Positions 47,773-61,054 of a stretch of DNA of 64,000 nucleotides are shown in pieces. The notes beneath the pieces were generated by a model that saw only the letters and a list, made by a program, of their open reading frames with translations, ran no database searches and was not told the origin of the DNA. Each line of letters begins with the position of its first letter. Within the stretch, counting starts at the first letter, position 1. Where the stretch lies: positions 13,716 to 77,715 of the forward strand of contig JAUCBJ010001981.1 in the NCBI GenBank assembly GCA_032718475.1, written 5' to 3'. Source of the stretch: Nemertoderma westbladi. Lineage: Eukaryota > Animalia > Xenacoelomorpha. Position numbers and translations under genes: made by a program.

Positions 47773-50243
47773 CTACAGTGCCGTTCCCGGTTGCTCGCCC
47801 AACCTGATGGTGCTCCCCGCGAAATCCATCGCCGGCTCCTCATGCACCCAGGCCCGCTTGCCGGGTTTATCCCAGAGGGCCCTCGCCCCACTGGCCATCA
47901 CCACTCTCCCGCCAACCCAGTCCGTGTCTGAGTGGCCGATCCTCTCGATGGGCGGCATCTCCCCGAACTCGTCGTCATCCTCATCCCCCGCTGGGAGTGG
48001 ATCCAAACCCGGTATCCCGGCAGACCCACTGTGTCCCTTCCCACCTTGACTCTTGCCCGTAACTTTCCATCCTTCCAGTTCTCTCGGTCTCTTTCTCGCA
48101 AAATCGCCCTCAGAGCCTGCTGGCATGGGCATCGCTTGCAATCCTTATGTCGACTGTTTCGGCGATTCTTCCGTCCATCCCAACTCCTGCCCCAGAGACT
48201 CGCCCGAGCTCCCTGATCCCCACCGTAACTCGTCCAAGTTCTGGGCCTCGAACCCGTAGTCCTCTCCTCTAGCTTCCGCCTCTCGTCTGGCGATTTCTTC
48301 CAATCGCTTCTCCTCTAGTCTATCCGCCTCCAGCTTCTCCCACCTCTGATATGGTGTATCCACCTCCCTGTCTACTAGATATCGGCAGTTGTAGTATACT
48401 GACTCGCCCTTCAGCCCCGGGTGGTCCGCTAGACCCTCAAAGGCTACCTTGAAGGCTCTTCTGTAGTTCAGGGGTGATCCTGACAGCAGAAACGACGTTG
48501 GCTCTCTTCCGATAACCACGGCCATGAATAGGTTTAGTAAACCTATCATTATCCAATCCTCCTGCAGGATATATTGCTTCTGATATATCTTTATCGCTCC
48601 TCTCCGGAATTGATACACCTCCTGTTTCCCTGGCCTCGCTCTCCACTTCAGTGAGTTCGCCAACTCCGCTCCGTACTCCTCCCTGAATTTACTCCAGTCC
48701 ATCGGCTTGTGGCAGACGAGCCCCATGAGCTGGCCCATCGCCACTGCTCTGCAATGTCCTGTATTCTCTACTAATCCCAACCCGGCTGGCCCTGTCATGG
48801 CCATGTAGACCGTCTGCATGTCCAGGAGGTTGGGGGTTTCCGGTCCGACGATCCTCTCCGCATCGTCGCGGATCGCCGATCCCACCTTCATTGTCGACTT
48901 CTCCCTTACTAGGTTCTGTACCGCCCTTGGCAACCGGTTCAACTTTGGCCCGCTCTTCTTCCCATACGTTCCCAGATCAAACAGGAATATATCCCCATTT
49001 GGCGCAGCCAAATGTAGAAGTATGGTTCTGGCCGACCCCGCCGACCATCTTCTCGAACCCTCGTCGTCTTCCACGGTCCCTTCGTCGTCTAGGACCATGT
49101 ATCCTCCCCTGCTGACAGACTCTACGAACCTCTTCCAGTCCTTTCTCGGTGGTTCCCTCGGATACTTCGGTATCCCGAACTTCGCCTCTCTACTCTTTGC
49201 GCTCATTCTCTACTCTCATCTCTCGCTCTTTGCGCTCGTTCTCTACTCTCGTCTCTCGCCCCTCGCGCTCTTTACGCTCACTCATCTCTCTTTCTTCCCG
49301 CTCCCTACAGTTTCTCGCCACCCTCTCGGCCCTCTCTCTACACTCCTTCGCCAACTCCCTCTCTTTCTCTAACAATGCAGTTCCCTCATCCAACTGCCTC
49401 TCTAATTGTTTCTGGTCTAGCGCCACCATGTCTAATTGACACGCCAGATCTATCTCCAACACCCTTCTTGCTTTCGCGGAGGATGTAGCGGACTTATCGG
49501 TCGCGACGGACTCCCGTCGCCTCTCTGTCCTACTAACTTTCCCCCGCTTTCTGGGGTTCTCGCTAACCGACGAGACCGAATCCTTGGGGTTAACCTCGGG
49601 TTCGCCCTCGTGCGGATCCGCCCAACCAACTAACTTAATTCCCCTGGCATCCACTAAATACGTCACTACGTACACTACTTCAGGCTCCATAACCCCGGAT
49701 CACCACAGTTTGAATAGTTCGGTGGCGACCCCCCTCGCTCTCTCACTCGCCAGTTCTCCCTGCCCAAAACGAACTAGATACCGAAAGTGTTTATTCGACT
49801 CACCTAGCCGTTTGGTGTAACTTGGCCTGGTCTACCTTTCATCCCTCTCTGGCCTCCTTTAACTGTTTCTTCGTGGCGTTGTAGGCCCATCGTAGCCGAT
49901 CGCTGGTCCCGACGTCCTCTTCGCCAACATCTCCTCCTCCTCTCCTGGTTCGGCGTCGTACCGGCGGTCCCACCGTCGCCGTTCCGGTGGGCCGTCCATC
50001 GCCCTCTGCCTGTGGCTGGCCGGCGAATTTGGTACTCCTACCGCCGTCGTGCGTCGACTCGTCCCTCTCTCGTGGTTGACGGCCGCCCTCCGCTTGGGGT
50101 ACCGGATCGTCCCTCGTCAGCGAATCCGGCGTCGCAGGTCGATACCGTCTCGTCGCGGCCTCGCGGATCGTTTGGTTGGTGTCGTCCGGGGTCCGCGGCG
50201 GCGTCCTCTCTCCCTCTGATAATCGGGGTTCCCCTGTGCTCAT
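47773..50243 (-). pseudogene. Disrupted long ORF with DEDDy (WRN/EXD-like) 3'-5' exonuclease domain; core piece 48145-49206
   Basis: ExoI-like YMVLDDEG, ILLHLAAPNGDIFLFDL, LPRAVQNLV, ExoII-like KVGSAIRDDAERI, LLDMQ, ExoIII-like QKQYILQED. ORF pieces 49839-50243, 49190-49690, 48145-49206 and 47773-48141 are collinear and joined by single stops or frameshifts. Confidence 0.65.
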
Positions 50244-50397
50244 CTTTTCTTTGTCTCTGGCGTCTGGCAGTCACGGTTCAGTTCAGTTCAGTTGGTAATT
50301 CTTCACTGTGACGGGATCAAGGGATCCCGACCGGATTAATACACTACGCGTCACCGTTTTGCTTTAGGGATAGTGCCAGCAGCTAGGCTGAGGCCGA

Positions 50398-50846
50398 TGT
50401 AGTAAAATAATGAGAGTTCGATGTTGTCTCTTGATATTCTAAATGTTAATAATGATAGCACAAAAGCGGAAGTACAGTTTTGATGGATACCGGTGTGCTG
50501 TTCTGTTATTGGTGACGGTGAAGAATGTCACCGGTCTGCACTAAAACTGACAATCTGAGTAACTGAATGATATACCAATATGCATTGATAATATATTTGA
50601 TCACTTCTACATTACTGTGGCCTCTTACCTAGTGGATGCTCTCCTTCGCCCTTATTGGCTAATAACCTACTTCACGCCTCTCCACTCTCTGGGAGTGTTT
50701 CCCCCCTGCCGCTGGCCCCTGCTAGCTGTCTCCCCTTCCGAGGTGGTTTAACCTCTAACCTTCCTTTGTGTGGCTTTGGGGTTTGTATTGTCCCCGGCGT
50801 TGGTTGTGATACGAGATTAGTTATTGCTAATCTCGTATCTCCAACA
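50398..50846 (-). mobile_element. LTR-like segment
   Basis: Bounded by TGTAG...CCAACA, with a perfect 13-bp hairpin gatacgagattag/ctaatctcgtatc at 50808-50839. No partner LTR is visible in the window. Confidence 0.35.
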
Positions 50847-51645
50847 TATTGCTGAAAATGTCACTGTCCCATTTTATGAGGGTAATGCGGCGGAATTGAA
50901 TCCGCTTACAATAAAGGAACATTTTCAACACTGTCTACGTACCTTCAATACTGTAGGTGTCATGTTTAATTGAAAACAGATCTTATAGAGGTACAGTATA
51001 AATATCGTCATCAGAAAAACTATGAGATCAATATTGGGGAAGGGGAATTACATATCAAACACGGTCTTGTATAAATTAATACGGTGCAATGAACTAGAAC
51101 AAATGATAACACACAATAAATGTCGCATCATATACAATGCTTTCAATTGCAGCAATATGAAAATCATACATATACCACACTCCTTGAACAGCACATAACT
51201 GGCATTTGTGGTGATAATCTAATGAGTGACTACACTACCGGTGCGGCGGGTGGAAAGAAGACTTACCTTCACTACCGAGTCTTGCAGCAAGTCGATATAG
51301 TATTAAAAACACTGCATAAATCATTCAAAATCTCGAAATAAGACACCCATCAATTATCAGGTTTTTTTTTACTACAGTACCTGATAGCATTACTAAATAG
51401 CACCCATCACTTTGTTGATATACAATATAGGCCTACACTCTTCACACTTCTGACCTAAAGTTATTACCATTTAGACTAAACAGGTATTTTAAAGAGTAAT
51501 GCTGTAATGAATTTTATACGTTTTAACTTATTTCAGTATTTGAATAGTATATAATACTGTAATATACTGCAAAGTGAATTATAACGGCAGAAAGTCTGGA
51601 ATTCTTTATGGGCCTTCTTACGTTCTATTACCGATAATCGTCATT

Positions 51646-52796
51646 CAGGGTAAATCTTTTCGACCTATGCGTAGGCCTACGCGTAGCTACGCGTAGCTAC
51701 GCGTAGTTCGCAACATTGGGTCATATATCACCAGTTTCAGAGTTTTAACAATAACTACGCGAAGGTGCTACGCGTAGCTACGCGTAGGTCCTACGCGACC
51801 TACGCATAGGTGCTACCCATAACTATGCCTATACGTCAGTACGTCGTTTATCATTAGTAGGCTTACGTATTCCAAGCGAGTCAGTACTAAAATAAGACAC
51901 CATACGGTATGTTCAATAAATAACCCACAACCATCAAATGCTTTCAACAGTAATGTATCCTATACCTGTATACTCTATATAGAGGAATACGCGAAAACTA
52001 CATATTCTTCACTTCATGCGTTGCGGGCGGTAAAATGTGTTAATAATTAATGTTTAGAGTTCAAAAATAGTTTACAAAGGAAATAGGCCGATGGTTCTTA
52101 TCGATTCTCTATGCTTTTTATTGCCTTTGTTCACGATAGGGCAAGGATATACTGTATTTAATATGTTAACCCCTTGACAAGGGAAGGGGGAGACTAAAAT
52201 TGTCTACCATGATTGGTTGCACTTGTCATTTGACCAAACAATTTGATTATATGCAGTATTTATCAGCTTTCGCTTAACCTCTTCACCGGTAGACTGGTCG
52301 CTTTATTTACTACTGTTCAATATTTAAATAATCCAATGGAAACAAAGATACTTGAATCATGAGACGTGAATTTCAAGTTTACTTTTTATTCATCCTCTGT
52401 GTTTGTATGTGAAAGAGCCGAATATTATTTATTACCAGTGCTGTATGTAGAGATATGAGTTTCCGATTCTGTTATTACATTTGTCTGATAATCAGATACC
52501 TGACATATACCGATACTTGCCTAACAACTCAACCCTACCGGACCTGAAATGAAAAATCATTGTTATCAGGACTGCTACGCGTAGCACCTACGCGTAGCAC
52601 CTACGCGTAGCTACGCGTAGCACCTACGCGTAGTTTCAAAATACCTACGCGTAGTTCCAAAATAACTACGCGTAGTTTTAAAACACCTACGCGTAGTTGT
52701 TAAACAGGCAGTAAGTCTGGCCCTACCGGTAAATGACAGGAATGGAAGTTACAAACTACGCGTAGCTACGCGTAGACCTACGCCTCAGTATCTCTG
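51646..52796. mobile_element. Non-autonomous DNA element with subterminal CTACGCGTAG palindrome arrays
   Basis: Clusters of ctacgcgtag at ~51677-51810 and ~52575-52783; weak terminal inverted match cagggta / tatctctg. Confidence 0.55.
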
Positions 52797-52956
52797 AACT
52801 CTACAGCTCTACTACAGCTTGGGCAGGGCAGTCTGATAGTTGCTGAGTTGGACACTTGGGGTGATTACAATTACCAGGTTACAGATTCAAGAAAAGACTG
52901 CACAACGACAAACGGTACAACAGTACCGGTACTAAGACTACTGGACTAACGGGATA

Positions 52957-55900
52957 ATGGAACAGTTTCCAAATCCAAACTGGCCTCACGCACGGCCGGC
53001 ATTCGTCCACCCGCCCGGAGCAACTGCCAATAGACCCCCATCTGCGTTTAATATATCGAGTAGTTTAGCGGCCGCGCAGGCTGCAGCGATAAACATCCAC
53101 ACTCAACTGGGTATTCAGCAAACCACGACGCAAACACAACCTACCCAACCACATCAGAACAAGCCAACTTTTTCACAGAATCAGAAAACCCGCAGCATAA
53201 TAGGCAACGTTACCAAGCTTCACGATACGTTTGGATTCGTGGACAACGAAATATTCTTTCAGTTTCGTTCGGTCCAAGGCCCGAGTCCGGTAGTAGGAGA
53301 TCGGGTTGAGGTCGAATGCACCTTCAACGAAAAGATGCCGTTTAAATGGAATGCGAGTCGGCTGCAAGTGCTGCGAAGTCGGGTTGAGCCGGCGCAGACT
53401 CCTTGGAACCCTCGTACAGACAGTCTGCTAGGAGGTATGGCGGTACCGGTGTGCACCCAGGGCTCAGTAGTAATGCGCCCACCTGCAGGTAAACGTCACT
53501 ACCCGCAGCTACAGGCCCCCAACGCCGGAGAATTTTACGGAACACCGGTGCCTCACGATAGCGGGAACCCATTCGGTGCGGGGGATCAGCGAGGGGGATT
53601 CCCGATCCCGTCGTTAATCCCCCGACGCGAGTTGGAGCGATTCCGAGGGGGTCCGGAGCCCGGTAGAGGGGGCCGAGGGGGTCCGGAACCCAGTAGAGGG
53701 GGCGCCTACCCGCCCCCTCGTCGACACCGCCCGGGGGATTCAGGGGGCAACCCTGCACGACGCCCCACGTCTCCCCCTCCTAAACGCCGTCGTTCCCCCC
53801 GTCGGTCCCCGAGTGGCCCCCGCTACCTCGTACAAGTCCCCCCCTTCTCTCTAGACTGCCCCTCGGCCTCAGTAACGGATCTATCCATCCGCTACCCCAA
53901 CATGTATACCCCTAGCGATTTCTTCAACGTTAACTTCACTTGGAGCCGCGGTTTCACCTTATCGAACCCCTTTAAGGTTACCTTCCCTGTGGACTACCAC
54001 ATTTTCCACAAGGAAGTCGTTAACCCCTGTAAAGACATCCCCAATAAGAACGCTCCAGACCCCGAGGACGCGGATTACACTTACTCCGCTAAGGTTATGC
54101 TCCTACAGTGCTCCAGCATGTCCGAGATTATCCGAATGTCTTGCAGTTTGGGCGAGGATCCAAAAGGAGACGAGTCGTTCACTCATCCCACGAGACTCAT
54201 TAGCTTCCTGCTGGGGTCCCGCGACCAGCACGAGCTGTCTGCTATCGGGGGTCCCTGGAGCCCCTCATTGGATGGGGCGGACCCCCATAGACCAGAGACA
54301 TTGGTGAATACCGCCATCCGAACCTGCAGGGCTCTAACAGGTCGGGATATTCTCATATCATTTATATTTATGTAGTAATAGCTAATAGCATATAACTACT
54401 GTATAAGGATGCTGTTATACCATAAACTACCTGTACCGAAAAAGCTAAATTAGGTCATTTTTTTAATAATCTGCTTTGCGACAATTATGAATATCGATTA
54501 ATTTGAGTTCGATAGCATTGAAACTAAAAAGTCGCTAAAAAGTATTTTTTAATTTTAAGAAAACGACTAACTTTTTTATCCTTGTAGCTGAGCTACTCCG
54601 ACATCGGGATGTATAAATACATAACGGTAGTAAAACATTAACAATAGCCATCTAGGTTGAATAGAAAGCCATTAGGGTAAATTTCTTACAGTCTTTTACT
54701 ATTAGAAACTAATTTAATAATTTATGTTGATGCGGATTATATTTTTAAATTTTAAATATATTTATTAATTATTAATTTATAGTGAAGAAAGCTAAAATAT
54801 ATGGAAACTAAAAATAATAATTAATTCCGGGGTGTTATGGTAGCCTACGGTGTTAGCTGATAAATTTTACTTGTGGGATAAAACAGGAAAGTTTTATACA
54901 AAGGCCTATTACCGTAGGTTAAGTGTCATAAGGCCCTAAGTCAAAAATTGCAATTGTTCAGGAGAGCCTAAAAAATATATAGAGATTATGGGGCCTTTCT
55001 GCAGTAAAATATTGTCTCAATAGGATTACCGGTTATTACGAAATAATCATCACTTCCGTTAAAAGTGTTCAAAACTTTACCAGCTGATAGATAAAAGTGT
55101 GGAATTGTATAAAAAAGTAAAATACGATAAAAATCGAGGGGGGGGGGGGGGGGGGTATATAGATATTAACGTATTAAGCTACGATATAAGTTTTTGTAAT
55201 AATAAAACAAATATGATGTTAATAAACATAAATAGAGCGGTAATATCTTGGGTCATATAAACTAAATAAGTATATAATATAGTTCCTTGGCTACTAATAA
55301 TTGACATTACATATACAAATATAATATACCGCGCATCATTCTCCGTAGGTTTATATGTAAGATATAAGTAGTTGTAGAATAATAATTAATCAATAATATT
55401 ATTATATTTGTATTGTTTTATATAGGAATCGACCTACGGAGCTGCACGCAGTGGTACAGATTCGTAGAGATTAACTACCTCCGTTCCTCCGAGGACGCAG
55501 ACAACCAGAGCAATATCGTAGAAACCACGGTCATCTTCCTCCCGGACGTGTGGCGGGCGGTTCCCACGGTGACCGAGTGGGACGCCCTCAGGGGGGTCTA
55601 CGCGGCCAGTCTGGAGCGCCGACTCGACGGGGAGTCAGACGGGGCGGCTGACGGCTCCTCGGAGGAGCCCAAAGCCGTGGCCACGCACTGGAAGGCGCTC
55701 GATGTGAAAACGATGAAAGTGGCAGACCTTCGTAGCGAGTTGGAGGCGAGAGACCTCGATACCAAGGGGATAAAAACCCAGTTAATGGCTCGACTAGTTA
55801 AATCTCTTCAGCAGGAGGAAGAGGATGAACTAGCCGAAGCCGTTAAGCAAGGTGACAAACTCCTAGACAAGAAAAGTACAGAGGAGGCAGCGAAAGCAGA

Positions 55901-57077
55901 AGTAGAAAGGTTAACTAATTTATACAAACTTCCTTCTTCTCCATCAGTATTAGTACATCCAGCGTATCAGGCTAAACAAGGGAAGTTCGATTGTTCTGTT
56001 GTCAGTTTGTCGGTTATTTTAGGGTATTCTGTTGATGATATCAAGGAATCCTCTTTCGAGGTTTTCCTCTTCGCGGAGGTTTTCAACGAGATGCTTCAAC
56101 GCGATTTCGGATTCAACATCTACAAATGTCTCCTCCGCGGCCCGATCGAGCAAAGTAAATCCGAGACGAAGAAGTTAGAAGTTGAGGATTCTTCCGAGGA
56201 AGTTGTTAATAAAAAGGTTAAGGTTGAAGTCGAGAAAGTTGTGAAGAAGATAGTTACTGTTGATTCGGAGGCGCTGATTTCGTTCACTTACTTTGATCAG
56301 AACCACACGGGTTATCTAGAGGAGCGAGATTGCCAATCCATCGTTCACAGTCTCGGTCTTCGTCTTAGTCGATACCAAGTCAACAGACTGGTCCATCGAG
56401 CTGCCCACTCTAAGCGGGATTTAGTGTATTACAGGAGGTTCACGGACGTTGAGGTGGACGAAGGATCGGCCATTCGTGTCGAGGAGCAAGCTGAGAACCG
56501 TAGGGAGCACGTCGCTAGACAGACGGCGGAACTGCGGCTCGAGACTCTAGTTAAAGGTAACCGTCTGCTGGGGCAGACCGCGGAGAAGGATGAGGAGTGT
56601 GGAGGTCGGGATGAGGGATTGCTCAGCTACAAGGGGTGTCTAGTAGATGTTGGGCAACTCCAGGCCCAGGTAGATCGCTGCCAATCTGCGAGACAAGAGG
56701 CAGAAAGTAAAACTTTATTGCTGGAAAGGCGTCTCGAAGAGTACAAACTCCGTTTGGGCGAAACGGAAAGTCGCGAGAATAAGTTGAGTAAATCCTTGTC
56801 CGAGTGTAAGGAACTGTTGGCGGAACGCGGTAGTACGGTGGAACGGTTCCACTCGGTGAGAGACGAGGTTCAGAGAGTTGTGGCTGACTCTAATGAGAAA
56901 CTTACCGAGATTACTAGCGAGTTGGAGTTGTTGTTGGACAAGGTTGTAGGTAAGGATGAGGGCAGCGCGAAGCAGCGGGGGCAGAAGGGGAAGTCCAGGT
57001 GGCATGTCTCCGACGATGAGGGTGTTAGTAAGGGCAGCGACCCTAAACACAATGGTTTACCACCTACTGGTCTATGA
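52957..57077 (+). CDS. CCAR1: Cell division cycle and apoptosis regulator 1; exons 52957-54340 and 55426-57077, ~1011 aa
   Basis: S1-like GNVTKLHDTFGFVDNEIFFQ...MPFKWNA; YPNMYTPSDFF; DBC1 domain AIGGPWSPSLDGADP...TAIRTCRALT|GIDLRSCTQWYRFVEI; SAP MKVADLRSELEARDLDTKGIKTQLMARL; SFEVFLFAEVFNEMLQRDFG; EF-hand-like YFDQNHTGYL; C-terminal coiled coil. Phase-1 GT..AG intron. Confidence 0.95.
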
Positions 57078-58649
57078 GCAATAACTTCATTTTAAATGTT
57101 TAGATAACATTTTATACTTTGACCAAACCAGGACAGGCGAAATTGTAATAAGAATTTATATTATATTTCAGTTTAATAGTTGAGTGGTCTAACTCAACTA
57201 ATGGACATAATATAGTTCCACTAGACTCTGCAAAGAACACCAAACAACTCGCGATTTCCAATTAATTTCAGCCGCATTTATTTGTTACGCAGGGAATATA
57301 ACTGATAGTTTTCAATATTTGTTGATCTCCCGCAAAATTCAATACAAATAACATTATTTACTTTATTTAACCGGCATTGATATAATTAAAACTTTCTGGT
57401 TTTTAGTGAGAGCTACAGACGGAATGACGCGCTCATAGTACTGAACTTTCAGCTTCATATTTTCTCGAACTAAGTTTTACTTACTCCGTGTTACACCTAT
57501 TAAATAGACATATAATTAATTAATATTGATGTTTCGTTTTCACATTTTGGCCAACAACATATAGCCTCTCAAGCAGCAGAAAATTATCCTTTCGAAACAT
57601 TTTTGTTTCACTTTCAATTACTACTAATTTACCTTCCATTTTAGTTTCAGTACAATTAATATGTTTATATTCCAGTAACCCTTAGTATTATTATTACAGT
57701 TTCCGATATTTTCCAATTCTGTTTCAGTTTCGATTCCTATTAATTTTTATTTCAGTTTCAATGATGTGGCAATGAGATGGCGAAAAGTAAACGATTTAAA
57801 TGATTATAAAACCATTAATTGTAATATTATTACAGTACCGGTATACTATAGTTTAGTATTATGTATTTTATTCTACTATAGTAGTAGTATAAGTGGTGAC
57901 AGGGAAAAAAACTATATTATATATAATAACTACTACTTTTTCTAGAACTTTGTTATAGATGGATGAAATGGTACACGAATTTCTACGTGATAAAGATTTG
58001 TTCTTGATTTGTTTTCATTTAGATTGGACGTATATGGTGAACTTTTCGTTTCCTCTCGTGAACCTCTCGTTTCTGTCATATTATATTTCCTTTTCAGTTT
58101 TATCCTTAGCCCAGTTCCAGTGTTATATTTAGAAGTTTGCTATGTTTCTGTATCAAGTTTGTGTAGAAAAATGTTTAATTTCAGATTATAGCGAAAATTA
58201 TATAAACGATGATATCAGTTCTATTTCTATTTCAGTTGAATTAGTTTCAGTTTACAGCACTAGTCTCACTCAATGGAATGCATTAAATGTCTCATTGTTA
58301 ACTCATTCCTTGGTTGCAGGAAACACAAATTAATTTGTAAAAAATTTCAGGTTTGTAAAAAAATAATAAACATTTATCTTTGTCAAAAAGTTAAATCAGC
58401 AACCCAAACGGTTGTTTTGTTGTACCTCAAATCATGAGACTGGAGCCTCATCCATGGAAAAGGAGTACAGAGGCAGTTTTTATTAGCTTTCAGGTTACCG
58501 CGGGAGGAAAAAAGTTGTTTATCATCCAACTAACGAGAGCAAAAAATACTTTACTCACCTTAATAAACTTAACTAATTACAATATAATAATAAAACTATG
58601 TATTAATTTTAAAATTTTGCAAAGCTGATGTAATAAATGATTCCCCGTA

Positions 58650-58865
58650 CTTAGTTCCAATTTAAGCCTCAGGCGAATTTAGTTCCAATGGAAACGAATT
58701 TAGTTCCAATTTTGGCGAATTTAATTCCAATTTAGGCGAACTTAGTTCCAATTTTGGCGAATTTAATTCCAATTTAGGCGAACTTAGTTCCAATAACTAG
58801 AGAAAAACGAAAACTAATTTAGTTCTTTTTATTATTTTATTATTTAGATTGGAACTAAGTTCGTG
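58650..58865. repeat. ~20-bp tandem repeat with an inverted copy (MITE-like)
   Basis: ggcgaatttagttccaattt units 58650-58793; inverted attggaactaagttcg at ~58848. Confidence 0.75.
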
Positions 58866-58971
58866 CTACCTAGTAAATAAATAAGCATTTACATTAAATA
58901 AAATAATAAATATAAACATGAGTTTACAGAAATCACTACTCATAACTCAATTTATCAATAATCAATACTGT

Positions 58972-60821
58972 ACTCCCAGATATTCCCATTGGCGATATCT
59001 CCTTTGCAGAAGTGAAGGCTGCTGCAAAGAGCATTAAGACCAATCGTGCCAGTGGAGTAGACCTCCAAGGAGACACACTTGTGCCATTCTTGTTCCTAAT
59101 TGTGGTTGACTATGTTCTACGCATGTCCTTAGATCATCATAATGATGATGGGGTGATGGTAACTCCACCTACTAACTCAAGAAGTCGAGGAAATCCTGCC
59201 AAGTACCTAACTGATCTAGACTTTGCTGATGACTTAGGAGTACTCTCAGAATCACTAGACTAACGGCTCCTCAGCTCATTAGAAAAGGCTGCTTCTAGTG
59301 TTGGTCTTTTTATTAACTCCAAAAAGATAAAAATTTTGACAGTTAACTTTGAAAGACCTCAGCAAGTCTCTGACTGGATGAGCATAAGCTCAAAGGATGG
59401 TGGCCTATGCCTGAGCTGACGACTTGATTGATTTATTTATTTTCCCAAATAATACATAATTATAACAAATACATTACATAATTCACAATAAAATGGGCAG
59501 GAAGACTGCTTAGTAGCATAGTGCTAGTTAGCGCAGTATCCTGTTAGGTACCGGAATATATAATACATAAATTGGGTAGATGCATCTTACGATAATGTGC
59601 AAGCAACTACAGGGGTTACATACATGTAGGATCCTAACACCCAACCCACCAGTGCACCCAGTTCCCCTATCATTGGTCAATCGACCCCCTCCCACACACC
59701 GTTGTTGCTACGTAGACCTCCTTACGATCCCTCTGTTATAAATGTTAAAAAAAATTGTTATTTTTACTTTTTATTTATTTTTATTTTTATAGATCGCTGC
59801 TCTCCGATGACATTAGTTTTAATTTCATATTTTTTATAAACATTTTCCTACTTTTGATTTCTCTCAGTTTAGGTGATATTGTTGTTCCAAAGAGATGGTC
59901 TGACAAAAGAGATAGATCGCTGCCCAACGACTAAATTAGCACGAGGAATAAAGAATAAATTTTGTGATTTTGATCTTGTACCATAACGATGAACATCACC
60001 TACCAATAAAAATTGATTTGATAATTCAGTTTTCTCATAGTTGTAGAATACACTGTGCCTAAAGGCTGCTACTTGAAGTGAGTGCAAATGTTGAACGGGT
60101 AATATTTTTAAACTTTGATATAACGGAAAGGAGTGCGCAAGACGGTCAGAAAAGGTAATGCATCTTAAGATTTTATTAATTTTTTGTCTTACCTTTTTTT
60201 ATCAGAGAGGAGCCAGGGATCTGTTACCTGGGATCATGGATCCGGAAGTCAGGTGAGGATCTTTTCAAATACAAAGGGAAAGGCATGGGCAACCTTGAAT
60301 AGGCTTTCCAGTATTTGGAAGTCACAGAAAATTAATCGATTATTTAGAGCAGCAGTAGTTCCAGTACTCCTGTATTGGAGTCCATGCTGGGCTCTAACTA
60401 CAGAGGACACCAAATCTCTGGATTGCACATTCAAAAGAATGCTACGCCGGGTTCATTATGTCAAGTACAATGCACACATCTCCAACCAAACACTATTTAA
60501 CATTTGTGGTGCCTCATTGGTTCCCCCAAGCTTGACACTAGAACAAAGACGCCTCCGCTTTGCAGGACATTGCTTTCGCCGTGAGGACCAGTCAGTGTAT
60601 AATCTTGTGCTTTGGCAGCCTCATGGAGTGAATAAGCATGGTGGACAGCCCATGACATTCTTGAGACGCATCTTAAAGGACACTGGCCTTGAAGATGCGG
60701 ATGATCTAGCAAATGTCATGGGTGATAGGGATTTGTGGCGGCGCAATTTTGTCGACAAGCCGGCACAGCATTCTTAAAAATGCAGCTGCAATGCAGCATG
60801 CCGAACCTAGTAGTAGTAGTA
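58972..60821 (+). mobile_element. Decayed RTE-like LINE (RT fragments 58972-~59400 and ~60200-60777)
   Basis: LQGDTLVPFLF, LTDLDFADD, LFRAAVVPVLLY, RRLRFAGHCFR, LWQP; (tag)n tail at 60808-60821. Confidence 0.8.
59425..60180 (-). mobile_element. 3' fragment of a CR1/L2-like LINE inserted into the RTE copy
   Basis: HRYGTRS...FIPRANL...RSISFVRPSLWNN C-terminal motif; aataaataaatcaatcaa tail at ~59425-59442. Confidence 0.7.
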
Positions 60822-61054
60822 CAGAAATCATTTAAATAACGAAATTATGTTGTGTAATTGACAATGTATGTATTCAATAACAACTGTAGCACCTATAACT
60901 CCCAGTCTGAGTAAATTTGAATCTGTTCACATAGTTAGTATCCCTGATGAAAATTAATAGTAGTCTTACTAAGTACTTGAGGTCTGCTTGATATCTGCTT
61001 GCGATATTTGTCAAACCGGGAGAATATGTTAATTTTTAAATATTTAGTAAATGC

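Noticed and set aside
49758-49803. Possible 44-nt intron (ag|gtgagt...gggcag, minus strand) in the exonuclease cassette
   Set aside because: Splicing it leads to a frame that stops soon; the unspliced alternative frame reads through into the 49690 ORF apart from one TGA.
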